DNA of 64,000 nucleotides, taken from positions 14,386,001-14,450,000 of the forward strand of contig CM052817.1 in the NCBI GenBank assembly GCA_028534125.1. The letters run 5' to 3'. The translations under genes were made by a program, and so were the position numbers. Below, in pieces: positions 13,004 to 26,732 of the stretch (position 1 is its first letter; every line of letters starts with the position of its first letter). The DNA comes from Lama glama (lineage: Eukaryota). The notes beneath the pieces were generated by a model. The model made no database searches and was not told where the DNA came from. It saw only the letters and a list, made by a program, of their open reading frames with translations.

Positions 13004-15151
13004 GATGACTCTACTCTGACGGCATAAAGCAGTGGCAGAGGGAGGGCACAGAGCCTCCAGGAGAGCTCAGAGGAACTGCAGCATCCCCTCCAATTCATTG
13101 CTTGGACATCAATCTGTCCCACCCAGAAGGAGGAGGCAAGGCTGAGACGTGAGGTCCAATCTTCCCTTATGGCCAGCAGAGCAGACAGCTCTGGTCCTCA
13201 GCATCAGTGCAAACGTGTTATCTGGAAGGTCTAAGTGATGTCAATTTACGTTCAAAACTAACACTCAAAAAATAGCTTTTAAAGAGGAAAAACACAAGAA
13301 ACACACAGGAGAGCATCTTACTTCAACTGGCTTAAATGGTTTCTCATGAAAATCTGAATGTCTTCAAGATCATCCAAAAATAAAGCCAAAGCAGACAGGA
13401 TGTTTCTATAGATCAAGTCCCCAGTTTCATCATAGAATTAAATGTCCTATTTAGGAGCCGTCTGTGAAGCCCAAGAGATGTCCCCAAATTTCATTCTGAA
13501 ATTACAGATTTTATTTCTAAAAACAACCATGATTAAGCATGACATCTACAGATGCCTGCTCTCATCTGCAGCTCCAATCTGGGGAGAATCAAAGCCATAA
13601 GGAAATAAATTACATAAGGGAGGCTTTTCATTACTCTCTAATCTAGCTCAATCTGAGTTAAGAGGCAAATGAAATTTGATTATCCGGCAGTTTACTTTAC
13701 AGCTTCTGTGTTTAACTTACTTTTCCTCAGAAGATTAAAAAAGTCATCTGAACTATTATTATATGTAGATTTGAACTTGATTTTGTGTTTTTAAGCTCAT
13801 TTGTTAAGTGAGAAGTGATTTTTAAAGAGCAGAAGCCCTTCATTTGGTATGATTTGCCCCTGCTCGGCCAATAAGATGCCTTAATTATTGACTAGCTGAA
13901 ATCTGCTATCTATTTTTTTTTAAAAAAACCTATTCAAAATAAAAGTGAAAAGTAACCCTATTATTTATTGACTGTTTATAGAGTTCTGTTGGTGCATGCA
14001 ATGAGTTGACAGCTTTGAGTAAGCAAAGAACTGATTTTAAAAAAAGATCAGTTTTGATATCTTCACATTGAAAAGGCTTCTTTTTAAAAGTAGTTCAAAA
14101 TATAGTCTCTCCTAAGGTGCTACCGCTTTTCAAATTAAGACTCAGAAAAGAAGGCAGGCTTATAAAATGACATCCAGTCCCTAACATCTACTGCAGACAC
14201 TCCAGCAGCTGTCAATTAGACAAGATGCCAGTTTTCTGTGCAGAGGGTGGCATCTATTTATATAGTTTACAAAGTTTTAATGGCTTAAAGGAAAAAAAGA
14301 CAGTCGGTTATAGGATTCTCTCATTTTAACTAACTAGTACTTCTTAACATCTCTACTTATGCAATGAAACCATCCGAGCTTTACAGAGGGTGGGGGGTAT
14401 CTCTTACAGTTCCAATCCTAAGACGTACCAAGTCAGCTCTTCGAGGTGGCTTTCTAAAAGCTATCCTAAGTCCTGAAAGTCAGTAAGAGTTTGTGTTAAA
14501 ACACATCACACACACGATGCACACTGAGCCTGGAACTGTAGCACATGTGTGCCTGCCAGATCCCTGCCTAATATCATCAGCAATAGTGGGGTTCCTTCGT
14601 GTTTAGTGCTGGGCCCTGTCTTTTAATTCAACCGTTAGCCTTGTCATGGTTCCCAGTTCAGTCACAGCCTTCCAGTTCCCCCTGGTACAGACCAGGATTC
14701 CTTATTGTTATTGTCTGTTTGACCCAAATGCTCTCTCTCTAGTCCTTGTTCTTCCAAATGATGATTCTCTTTACATCTGCAGGTGCATACTTCCCTCTAG
14801 GTAATTCTACAGCCTCTGCAAAGCACCAACTCACCCCCAAAGATCTCCTAGGGTACCAGAAATGAGTGGTGACATTTTTTATTCTTTCTCCATCTAGTAA
14901 CGAACTCTCTCTAAATCCAAGTACAACATTACTTCTGCTACTGTTCATCTAGCACATCCCTGACTTTTCAACAATGTCATGTTTTATGATCTACAATCAA
15001 TATTTATCAGGTCCCTCCTATGTTTTGAATATTATTATGAGCACTGGGGACACAAAGATGATTACGGTATTGTCCCTGCAGTGTAGATGTTTATTACCTA
15101 ACCCAGGGAATGGAGAATCTGATGGATGTTATGGTAGTGTGTGAGGCGCTC

Positions 15152-16650
15152 CATTCATTTATTTATTCAGCAAATGCTTAAGCACCTCCTATGCACCAGT
15201 CACTGCTAAGTACTGGGTATACAATACAAGAAAGCAGTTGTGGTTTTGTTCACACACTCAAGGAGGTTACAACCTACTGTAGGAAATAGACAATAAACAC
15301 TCATGTAAGCACAGTCTTAAAAGTCAAATAGGGTAAGAGTTGTGAAGGAAACAAAGCAGATGAAGGAGTGGAACATACTGGGAGGAGTAGGGCTCTACAG
15401 AAACAGGGCTCTGAGAAAGTGGGGTATAAGCTGACGCCAGAAGCACAGAAGTTGCTGGCCATGCCAAGACCAGCCACGTGTAGACCAAAGTTGCTGCATG
15501 TGCAAAGATCCTGAGGCTGAAAGGAGCCTGGAACAGCCAAGGACTGGAGGGACTAGTCATACAGCCAGTGTGACTAGAGCCTAGAGACAAAGCAGAAGTG
15601 AAAAAGATGAAGTGTAGAGGTATACAGACTGCGCAAAGGTGATTTTAGAGAGAGGTTTATATAATATATGAGGTTGTATATGTTATATAATATTATATTA
15701 TTCTATTATTACATAATACATTCTCCCTTCTTTACAATAAGAAACACTGGCTTCATTTGATAGATAGTCCACAGCCTGCCTATCTATCCATCTATCTATA
15801 TTTTTTTTAATTCCCCTCTGAACATCATGTAGGGAATAGATTAGAGAAAGAGTGGGGGCCATGCAGTAGTCTAGGAGATGATGGTGTCTTAGACCATTAA
15901 TTCATGCAGCCAAAAATTACGGAGCTATTTATTCTGCCAAAAATTGTACAAGCGACTTAGCACTGAAAAAAGCCACATCCCTGCTATCAAAGAGCCAGAA
16001 TTCTAGTAAGAGAGATGAAAGATAACAGAAGTAACCAGACAAACATAACACGTCAGGTGGCAAAAAAGGCCGCAAAGATAATGAAGGCAGTGTGAAGGGT
16101 CAGAGCGTCGGGAGCGCTGATGGGTCCTGCTGGGAGTGTGGCAGGGGCTCGGAGAGGGCACTACATCCACCTGGAAAGCAAGGGGAGGCTTCTCAGGAGA
16201 GAAAACACAGGCTTAAACTGAAGCATGAGTAAGAATGGGCCAAAAAGAAGGAGGGGGCAATGGGGAGGGTAGTGGACAAACTGGATGTAGGAAAAGGAAC
16301 TAGATTCTGAAAGTTTGATTGAAAGGTTCCCATATGGAGAGCGAAGGAAGACCAGAGCAGTGCCAGCAGGGACCAGACCAGGCAGCAGAGACCTAGCCAA
16401 AGCTAGGGAAGGGCTTTATGCAGGGGAATGAATTAGAATGATCATGCACTCAGCATTGTGGAGGATGGCTGGAGGGAGGGCAGCCACGGTGGTCCATTAG
16501 CAAACACTGGGCGTGATGCAGGAGTAAGAGGCTGGCGGCTATGAAGATGGAGGGGAGAAAAAACCAGGGTGTATGGGTGGATCTGAAAGATGTCAAGGAT
16601 GCAGAATGGTCAGAACTCAATCACTGCTTGGATGTGTGCACAGGGGTAGG
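15152..16650 (-). mobile_element. Cluster of antisense L2 fragments
   Basis: cattcatttatttattcagcaaatgcttaagcacctcctatgcaccag is the reverse complement of the L2 tail, followed by several L2-like purine-rich segments. Confidence 0.6.
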
Positions 16651-17005
16651 GGTGGGAAGAGAAAAGTCCAGCCTGCCACATCGTGATATGCAAAATCCTC
16701 TAAAATACACCTTTTCTTCTCACTGCCCTCATGTATATCAGCATTCTCATACGTTTTGGCATCACCAGCTTTCTTTCAGACCTTGTAAGTGCCATGCTCC
16801 TTCCCAGCTCACGGTCTCTGCCCCAGTGGCTCCCGCTGCCTGGACAGATCTCTCCCTGGGTCTTTGCAGAGCTGTCCCTTCTCATTCAAGCCTCTGCTTA
16901 TGTGCCATTTCCCTAGAGAGGGCTTCCCTGCTCATCCTCGGCCCACCTTGACTTCACATCATCAGCACACTGCTCCCTGAAATCAGCTTCCTTTTAAATT
17001 ATTCA

Positions 17006-17505
17006 NNNNNNNNNNNNNNNNNNNNNNNNNNNNNNNNNNNNNNNNNNNNNNNNNNNNNNNNNNNNNNNNNNNNNNNNNNNNNNNNNNNNNNNNNNNNNNN
17101 NNNNNNNNNNNNNNNNNNNNNNNNNNNNNNNNNNNNNNNNNNNNNNNNNNNNNNNNNNNNNNNNNNNNNNNNNNNNNNNNNNNNNNNNNNNNNNNNNNNN
17201 NNNNNNNNNNNNNNNNNNNNNNNNNNNNNNNNNNNNNNNNNNNNNNNNNNNNNNNNNNNNNNNNNNNNNNNNNNNNNNNNNNNNNNNNNNNNNNNNNNNN
17301 NNNNNNNNNNNNNNNNNNNNNNNNNNNNNNNNNNNNNNNNNNNNNNNNNNNNNNNNNNNNNNNNNNNNNNNNNNNNNNNNNNNNNNNNNNNNNNNNNNNN
17401 NNNNNNNNNNNNNNNNNNNNNNNNNNNNNNNNNNNNNNNNNNNNNNNNNNNNNNNNNNNNNNNNNNNNNNNNNNNNNNNNNNNNNNNNNNNNNNNNNNNN
17501 NNNNN
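17006..17505. other. Assembly gap (500 N)
   Basis: Run of N. Confidence 1.
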
Positions 17506-18502
17506 ATCTGCCTCTCCCAGCATTGCCCTACTGGAGTTCCAACTTAACCAATAAAAATCCCCTATATTTCTTATCTAGTTATGAAAATTATAACTCAGTT
17601 AAGTGCTACGGTCTAGCTTTTGTTTTTCAGTTACTTTCTGTACAATAGCATTAATACTGGAGAAAAATGTCTGCGGAAAATGAAGAAGTCTCGCTGTCAT
17701 AAGCAGTCTCAGACTGCTTTTCCCAGGGAACACTGCATTTCTTTATCTTCTTATCAGCCTGTTCATAGCCTATTTAAAGTATGGGTTCATTTAGCAGAGA
17801 TTCTCGATGATTATATGTTTCCCTAACCCATTACAGCTTTTTTTAATAGAAACAATCAATATTTTACATCATCCCTGCAGTGTCCATCAACATCCTATTC
17901 TACCTCTAAAAAGAAGTCGTATACAGAATATGAAGTCTGCTATCTCCCCTCCCCCACCCCCAAAAAACCCTACAGAAAAACCTGAATATGGAGTCTCTTA
18001 TTTTAAAACCCACCACCTTTCAGCATTTAGCATAGATGACAGAGTTGGAAATCAAAGTGAATGCTATTTTAGGGAAAAGCTGGGTTTTTTCCACAAATAA
18101 CAACTCAAATGACCTACTTGTTACCCAGCTTGTCTTGGTCAGAGTTCTGTCTGGAGTGGAAATGGGACCAATCAGGAGTCAGTATTTTCCTTCATGTTCC
18201 TTCAATATCAAAGCTCTCCCCTCTGTTTCATCTTCTGAGTCAAAACAGTCAACTAAACACCAGAGATTCTCTTTCCTCCGTCCGAAATTGTCCTGTGTCA
18301 CTTCCTCCTCCACCTCTATCAACTGAGGACTGCTATTTCTCAATTCTGTGAACGAACAGACTCTTCAAATGGCTTCTTTCCTGCAGGTTTGCTCCCCTGT
18401 GGTCCATTCTCTACATGCTGACTGGAGTGATCAGGACACTCATGACAGTGATGACTACCATTCATTGGTTCTTTATATGCATTACTTATTTAGTTCAAAT
18501 AG

Positions 18503-18541
18503 ACACACACACACACACACACACACACATATGCACACACA
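18503..18541. repeat. (AC)13 microsatellite with an imperfect extension
   Basis: Directly visible. Confidence 0.95.
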
Positions 18542-20059
18542 TCCCAAACCAGTATCGCTCCCATTTTTCACATGAGGAAACCAAGACTTAGTGAAATTAA
18601 GAATCTGACCTACTTTAAAGAGCTACTAAGATGCAAACTCAGGCTTCTCTAACACATGGGCTCTTGATGTGTCATACTTAGAATTCCTGTTCCATAGGTG
18701 CAACACCTGGTTGGTATAGCTTAGCCCAGACGTCACTTTTTGCCAGGGAGGATGAAGCATCTCTAAGGACAGTTTTATTAAAACTCTATCCACAAGAGAG
18801 GTAGATCCCCAAGTAAAACCAAGTTGCAATATCAAGGAGAATGAATGAGCACTAGGCTGGCAAAAACAAGAGGTCTCGTGACAGCTTCTCTTCATGGTCA
18901 ACTATAAAACCCTTGCCCAAAAATGACCTCAAATTCTGTTATTCGATGGGTATAGCAAACTCTATTCCTTACAGGTCTGTTAGCTTTCAACCTCCCTTCC
19001 TGGGACCTGGGCTGTTACATCTGCACAGTTCCATGAAGGGCATCCTTATCTACAATTTACCTCAGTTGGGACCATGGAGAAATACAAGCCAAAAGCATCC
19101 TATAAGGCAGAACCAGGGGTCAAGGGGAATGATGGACAGATCACCTCAACTGTCCAGTGGATGTAACTAAAGAACTTAGTTCACTGCCACAGTAAAGAGT
19201 TTTGTCTTAACAGTTCCATCCTTGTTCAGCAAGATGTGTGTGTTGTAGACTGTGGACTATGTTCTTCCCATTCTCTCCTTTGCTAAGTAAGAGTCTAACT
19301 GAGTGTCCAATTATATTAGGATATTGGGGGCTGTTAACTTTTCACTAGGTGGCTCAGTTATAAAATTCCATATTCAGATATGATGGAGGAGACCATCAGT
19401 CAGTCACCTAAAGATCTTGGATTTATCCAATATAACTGGATGAATCTTAGTGTGGTCACAAGGAGAGAGTGGAAACATTTCACCTAGTTTCAACAATGTT
19501 AAATATATGTTTGGAAAGAAGTTTTGATACGAATGTGGGACAGTCATATGAATGAACCAAATGAACCATGGCATTCAGTAAGGCAAGCTTGCTCAACCAC
19601 CAGCTCCCCTTTCTTCCTTGCTAATGATGATGTTTAAGGTGGCAATATCCCCAGCTCTCAGAATGAACCATGACTGGTCTGTCTAGATAAATCATGACAT
19701 CCCCATGGCCATTTGCCAAATAGATACCCACTTTTGCAATCATTCTTGTAGCTCTAGTCAGCCAGATGAGCCCTAAAGAGTGAGTTCACTGAGATGGGTG
19801 TATACAGAAAGTCCTATACTTTGAAAAAAAGGAAATATTTTTCTTTCTTTTCTACCTTAAAAAAATGTGTAAGTTGTTTTGTGACCATGAAGTAATGAAT
19901 GTAAAGATAAGAAAAGCCACAACCTGGGGATGGTTTAAAAGAAGAATGGGAGAAATCTGAGGCCACATTTCCTGTTATATAAACAAGTAAATCAAGTTTA
20001 TAATTTGTCATAATTGGGATTTATTTATGTTATATATATTTTATATAGAGACATGTATA

Positions 20060-21095
20060 TTACATGGCTCCAACAATTATATCTTCAGTCCTAACCTCTA
20101 CCCTAAAACCTGTTATATGTCCAACTGCCTCCTTGAAATCTCCACTCGCATGTTTAAGAGGTAACTTAACCCTAACATATCCAAAACTGAACTCCTAGTT
20201 TTTCAATCCTCCCCAATCTTCTCCCCCAGTTTCCCCATGTCAATAAGTAACACCACCACCCATGTTAGTAGCTCAGGCCAAATGCCTAGAAGTCAGCCTT
20301 GTTGCCGCTCTGTCCATCATTCCCCACAACCAGCTCATCGGCAAGTCTGGCCAGCCCTACTAGCACAGTGGATCCTGAATCCTCCTACTTCTCTCCATTG
20401 ACATCCTAAATCCAAAACGTGTCCTGCCTGGGATACCACACCCCCTCCTACCTCATCTCCCTGCTTCCAGTCTCTCTATCTCAACTTTCATTCCCCATAA
20501 ACTGGCCAGAGTGCTCTTCTTTAAAGTATAAATTATATCCTGTCACTTCTCTTCATAAAGCCCTCATAACTGCGTCCTCTCACATTTATAGCCAAAGCCA
20601 CATGCCTTCTTCTAGCCTCCAAGGTCCTCCTCACATGGTCTGGCTCCCACCCCTACTTCTGACTCATCTCAAGTCTCTCCACCTGACTACCTACACTCCA
20701 ACTTCTCTGTCCTCCTTTCTGACCTTTGGACAATCCCAGCTTACTCTGCTTTTGGATCTTTGCAAAAGCCATGTCTTCTGTCTGGAAAGCTTTCCCCTTA
20801 GAGAGTCACATAAATGACATTTTCTTCTAATCCAGGACTCTGCTGATAGCTCACCTCTTCAGAGAAGCCTTCTCCTTCCCTAATAAGCCTCAAGTAGTCA
20901 CCCTGTTACTCTCGGTCCATCACGCTGTTTTCCTTCCTTCACAGCAAGTACTGTTATATTTTCTTGCCTATTTATTATCTGGCTTCCTCCAAAACATTCT
21001 CCCCTCCTTGAGAGCAGGGACCTTGTCTGACTTTCTCATTACTGTGTTCCTATTTCCTAGACACTCCACAGATGCTCAATAAATATTTGGTAAAT
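20060..21095 (+). mobile_element. L2 (long 3' fragment)
   Basis: tccaactgcctccttgaaatctccactcgcatgt...taacatatccaaaactgaactcct...gagagcagggaccttgtctg...gatgctcaataaatatttgg. Confidence 0.85.
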
Positions 21096-24000
21096 CAGTG
21101 AAGTTTACTGGTCCTAGGGAAGCTCTTCCTAAAGTTCCATTCAGCTCCTCTGCCTTTAAAAAGGTATTTTCTGTTATATTCTTCATGGTTTTAAGATTAA
21201 TCAGGAAATACATTTTGGAGCCAATTCTCTCTTCATTCAATCAAGAAAAATTTACTGTGCCAAGTGTTTCTGCTATACAAAGGAAAATGAAACAGCAGAT
21301 TCATAATCTAGTGGTAGAGAATGACATGAAAATGAATAAGTATAATATAAATTATGATCAAACTACTAAGAGACCTACTAATGTTGCCTTGTGCAAAGGG
21401 GTCAGGAGTAGAGAGAAACAAAACCAGTGATGAGTACAGAGGGAAGGTGACATCTGCTTTATGCCAATGAGTCAGAGGCTGAGTTCTATAAACTAAAACA
21501 GGAAAATACTGCATTGCTTTCCTTTCTCAACCCCATCTAATGACACCCCCAAACATGACAAAGACAGGAGGGATTTTTTTTTTGTATGCCATAATGTTAA
21601 CACAACCTGAAAGTCAAGTTTTGCTAAATTCAAGGATACAACTTGCAAATGCCTTATGTGATTCAATCACACTCGATTCTATTTTATCATCATGCAAGGT
21701 GAAGATTGAGTAAAACTGCCATGAAATAGTTGCTCTCCCAATTTCCTCTTCCTCTCACAGCTGCTACCCTACTCTCTGCCAGTTGCCACCTCATGCGCTC
21801 ATTCAGCACCCACTGCCTGCAGCCCATGACTTCCCGTCACTTTCTGATCCAAAGGAAATTCTACTAATCCTCTACCAACAGAATGGCGTGGTCACTAGCT
21901 CTCAAATGTGCTTTTCTCAACCCCCCTTTCTCAACCTACCAACCCACTTGAAATACTTGTACCTTATGCTACTATTATCCAAATGCCACCAATTCTCAAA
22001 CTCAAGATGCCCATCTCTTAAGCCTTCCTCTCTAGTCACTCTAATCTTCTTTGAGCTCATCCTTCTCCAACTGCCAGCAGTATTCCCTGCCTCTGCTGGT
22101 TATTTGAAGTTATTTCCCCACTTCCTGGAATTATTGATTAACTTTTCATGTACTGGGGTCTTAACAACTTCCTACCTAGATTATTAAATGATTTAGCACA
22201 GTGGTTTCACCTTCCATGTCTTGTCTCATCCACACCCACAGATGACAGAGGAAATGACCGTTCCCTCAACTTCAGTATTTTGCCTGTAAGCAAACGCTGA
22301 TTTCCATGGTGTCACAGGAGAGAGTCAGGCACAGGGAAAACTGATGACCAGGTCCTCCACAGGTGCACTGTAGATTCTTCCAGTCAGACCAACAACTTTT
22401 GGTACCAGTATGTTATATGACCAGAAAATCAGTAGATAGAGATATTCTCCAGGAAAAAGTCAGTTTTGTTGTTGAATTAAAAAAAATAAAATAAGGTCCT
22501 CTGACTGAACAGTTCTATAGCTGCAAATAGTTTCTGTAGACAAAGAGGACACTTTCTGTTTATTAATACATTTTTATACAATTCAGCTAAGCAGTCTTTG
22601 GATGAGGCCTTTGGGTTAGAAACAACAAACAAATTGTTTTTCCTCTTATCTGCAGGAAGCACTCTGTCATCCTCTCTATAAATTTCATAAGGGTTAGTGT
22701 TGACTCCACAAATCGAGATTTGGGGTAGATCAGCTGTAATTTCAAACAACCTCCTCTGTAGTCATAATGGAAAGAGTTCTTCAGGATGCTGCCCCAGGGT
22801 CTCTTCTCTACCCCTCCACTCCGCTCCTCTTTCCTACAGTATTACTCTTCTATAATCCAATCCTTCCTGCTAGTTATATTTTTAAATGTAAATCTGATCA
22901 AGCAACTCCTTTTGTAGCTTCTGCTGTCCCTGAGCAAATATCCTGAGTCCTTAAGATGGCGGTCAATGATATCTAGCATACATTTTTCTAATCTCTCTCA
23001 AGTCATCCTTCACCCTCTCCCTCTTACTCATTCACCTCCAGTCACATTGGGATTTTTTGAATCCTCAAAGGTATCATTTCGTTTTCAGCCTCAAGGCTCT
23101 TATTCATGGGATTCCTGCTGCATAGAATTCCTTTTCCCCATCCTTCAGTCTACCTAACTCTTACTTCTCCTTCCAATGAAATGTTATTTCTTTAGGAAGA
23201 AACTTGTAGGAAGGTTTGGTTTCCCCTGATATGGTCTCTAATAACAATTATAAACTTTCTTTGGTAATACTCATGAACATAATGTGTTCTAATCTAAAGG
23301 CCTACTATATTTAAAGGTCCCATGGTAAGAGAGGCTGTGCCTATCTTAGTGACTGTTGCATCCCAGCAAATTGTCTAATGTCATGGCACAGAGTTCACGC
23401 TCAAGAAACGTGTTGACTTGATAAATGACAATAGAGGCATTGGAGCTAGAAGACTGGGTTAGAACCCACATTTGCTTCCTGTGACCTTAGGCAAATCACT
23501 TTAGCTCACTGATCTTCAATTTCCTCACCATCCACCCCTTAGATAGTGAAAGAGCAAAATGATATGTGGTCAACCAAAGAGTTTCTAAGTTGGAAAAGGT
23601 TTTTAAAAATTATTATTTTTGATTGAATAAAGATAGTCATGAAGTTCCTTGAGCTATATATAGCCAACACTTACTGCATAATTTCTATGGCTAAAAGATT
23701 TCCATGCATTATCTCAAACAATTCTAACATATACAATAGTCCTAGGATGTCCCTATGATTCATTCCCTTAACAGCTGAGAACAATGAAGTTACAAAGTAA
23801 TAAGGGATGGCAGATTCAAATTCAAATTCAGATTCAAATCAAAGCAGTCTCTCTCCAAGTCTTGCTTATGAATACCAGATAAGCCTGACTCCCATTACTA
23901 TAGATTTTACCCCTATTTCTCAGAAGATGGGACCTTAGCTTTCACAGAAGACAAATTATACCTTTGCCCACAAGTCCAGCTGTACATGCTAATAAACTAG

Positions 24001-24402
24001 GTGATTCTGCCATTTAAATAAGTGAGAGAAATCCAACCATTTGGAACATCTTCATCATCTCTATGACCATTTGTTAAACAGCCAGTGTGTGCCAGGCACC
24101 AGAGTAAGCACTTTAAATTACCTATCCTAACCTTCTTACTAATCCTCACTTAACCAGTGAGGACAGTGAGACTCAGGAAGAATAAATCAAACAATCTGTG
24201 TTCCTAGAACTTTAGTTTAGTCAACACACCTCTCTAACCAAGGCTGTGCTCTTTAGCGTACTAAGCCTACTGACTGCTTCTAAGAGTCTGTGCTGAGGAG
24301 CACTATGAAAACATATATCCTTCAAAAGGCCCTTTCTTTATGAATGCTGCTTGTATCATTGTAGAGTATTGAGGAGATACTCAGATAACCATATGACCAA
24401 GC

Positions 24403-24892
24403 CTGTGTGTTCTGTACAGCTGCTGTAACAGATTGCCACAAACTGAGTGGCATAAAACACAAACATACTAGCTTGCCGATGGTGGGTCAGACATATGACA
24501 CTGAGCAAAGATCAAAGTGCCAGAGGGCTGGATTCCTTTCTGCAGGCCCCAGGGGAGAACCCATGTGCCTCTTCCAGCTGCTGGAGGCCATCCACGTTCC
24601 TTGACCAATGGACCCCTTCTTCCATATTCATATTCAAAGCAACAACTCTGTGTCCCTCTGACCATTCTTCCTGAGAGATGTGTCCTTCCAACCAGACCCA
24701 GGAAAGGATGCCCACCTTTAAGGACTCGGGTGTTAGACTGGGCCCACATGACAGTCCAGAATAATCCCCCCATAACCAGGTCCTTAACTCAATCATCTGC
24801 AAGATCCCTTTCTCCTTGTACAGTAACATAGTCACAAGTTCCAGAGATTAAACCATGCAGGTCTTTGAGGTTCCATTATTCTGCCTGCCAAA
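24403..24892 (-). mobile_element. MaLR solo LTR (MLT1D-like)
   Basis: gctgctgtaacagattgccacaaactgagtggc...gggcccacatgacagtccagaataatcccc...catctgcaagatccc...attattctgcctgcca. Confidence 0.85.
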
Positions 24893-25309
24893 CTAAAGTA
24901 GCAGATCTCCCAGGGGCATCCTCCACCTAGTCTCCTAAAACTCTCTGGGAAGACGAGTCACTCTCAGCACTCAGTCACTCACAAAGAACATGCACTGAAT
25001 AGAAGCACCAAAGCAGAGGAGAGGAAGCCTAGGAATTAGGAAGACAGCAAACGTGTGAGCTCCTGGATACCTGAACCCCAAGGCCTGCCCTCAGCAACGC
25101 CATACCCACTCTAGAGCACTCCAACAATACTTAAAGATAGTATATTTATGGTAGTAGTTAGAGATCAAATCTCTAGCTACAATGATCAAATTCCGTTTTT
25201 CAGTTTTCATGTTTAATATTCAACTCACATGACCTTGCTTCTAATTAATTTAGCAAATATTTTAGTCTTCTATATAAATTTGGTAGATAGCTGTGAAAAG
25301 TAGGAAGAA

Positions 25310-25540
25310 CAAAGGCCTTGGAGTTGGATGGACATGGACCTAAATCTGTCATCTACATGCTCTGACACTTGCTGTGTGACCTAGAGCATGTTGCTTGACC
25401 TTTCTGAGACTCAGTCCTTGTATCTGTTGAACAGTGTTAATTCTACCTACTCACTGGATGTGGATGTAAAGCTCTGATGCAGTTATACACGTACACTCAA
25501 AAACAGGGCCTGACACCTACTGGAACAAAATAAATATTAA
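25310..25540 (+). mobile_element. MIR SINE
   Basis: gctgtgtgacctagagcatgttgcttgacctttctgagactcagtccttgtatctg. Confidence 0.75.
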
Positions 25541-26369
25541 GCCCTCTCCAATCAATCTGCCTATGGAGGCTGCAAGTAGAATGAACGTAGTAAGAACATG
25601 ATCTTCATTTCTGGGTCCTTTTCCCCCTCGCCCACTCAGCACCTGGAAGAATGCCTAGTCCATAGGAGAGATCCAATATACATTAGTTGAACCATACTGA
25701 AGCTTTCTTTCCCCCTTGGATCTAGTGAATAAACCTCTGGTTTGGATCAGTGATGAATTATACAATCAGGTTGCCCTAACAAGACCTAATTCTCTGAAAC
25801 ACTCTCTGGAACCCTTGGGCACTGTTCAGTGACTTCACACACAGACTGCAAAACTTAAAAATGGTCTTGCATATAAGCTATGGTGGATTATTGACATACA
25901 AAATAGATTAAACTGCATAAAACAACCCAGTTCACCACATTCAGCATAAAAATATCTTTAATGAGAGTCTAAGTGACAATGAGATAAATGTTTTCCAGAA
26001 TCCTTAACACTGAATTAAATCACCAAATACTCTGTAGTCAAACAAGCCACCATTTCCACCCAATGCTAAAGGAACACAGAAATTAGCAAAGAAGAATTTG
26101 TGACAAATCAGTATTTCAGAAGTTAGTTAGTGTTCTTCTTTTTTTAATTTCTGTTCATTCATAAACACAAAGTGAGGCTGAAGTATATGGCTCTTGTAGA
26201 AGTATTAACTATATGGGATAATCTTCCCCCCAATTAAGCTAAAGATTATGAATCTGTACCACCCTGCTCTCTTGATCAATGCAGCCAAATCTCCAAGACA
26301 CAAAACATTGTTTCTGAGGCAAGCAAAGTCTTAAAATACACCATCTGTATACGTTTTACAATAGGTGCA

Positions 26370-26732
26370 TTACCACAGTCTGAATGTCTGTGCCCCTCAC
26401 CCTCATTCATATGTTGAAATCCTAACTCCCCTAGTGTGATGGTATTAGCAGGTGGGGATTTGGGAAGTGATTACATTATGAGGGTGGGGCCCTCATGAGT
26501 GGGATTAGTGCCCTTATATAACAGACCCCCCCACCACCACAGAGCTCCCTAGCCCACTTCTGCCATGTGAGGAGAAAGTAAGTCTGTGGCCCAGAAGAGG
26601 GCCCTCACAAGACCACGCTGGCTCTCTGATCTCAGACTGGAAACCTCCAGAATCATGAGCAACAGACTCCTGCTAGTCTTAAGCTACCCAGTCTGTGGCA
26701 TTTTATTACAGCAGCCTGAAAGGACTAAGGCA
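26370..26732 (+). mobile_element. MaLR solo LTR (MLT1A-like)
   Basis: tctgaatgtctgtgcccc...catatgttgaaatcctaac...gggattagtgcccttata...gtggcattttattacagcagcctgaaaggactaaggca. Confidence 0.87.

Noticed and set aside
14835..14847. Possible 13-nt microexon (ccctag|GAGATCTTTGGGG|gtgagt, minus strand)
   Set aside because: Weak acceptor, not frame-preserving, and such matches are expected by chance in 44 kb.
21802..21820. TTCAGCACC, the REST/NRSE left half-site
   Set aside because: The right half (GGACAG) is absent, and I saw no full RE1 in the window.
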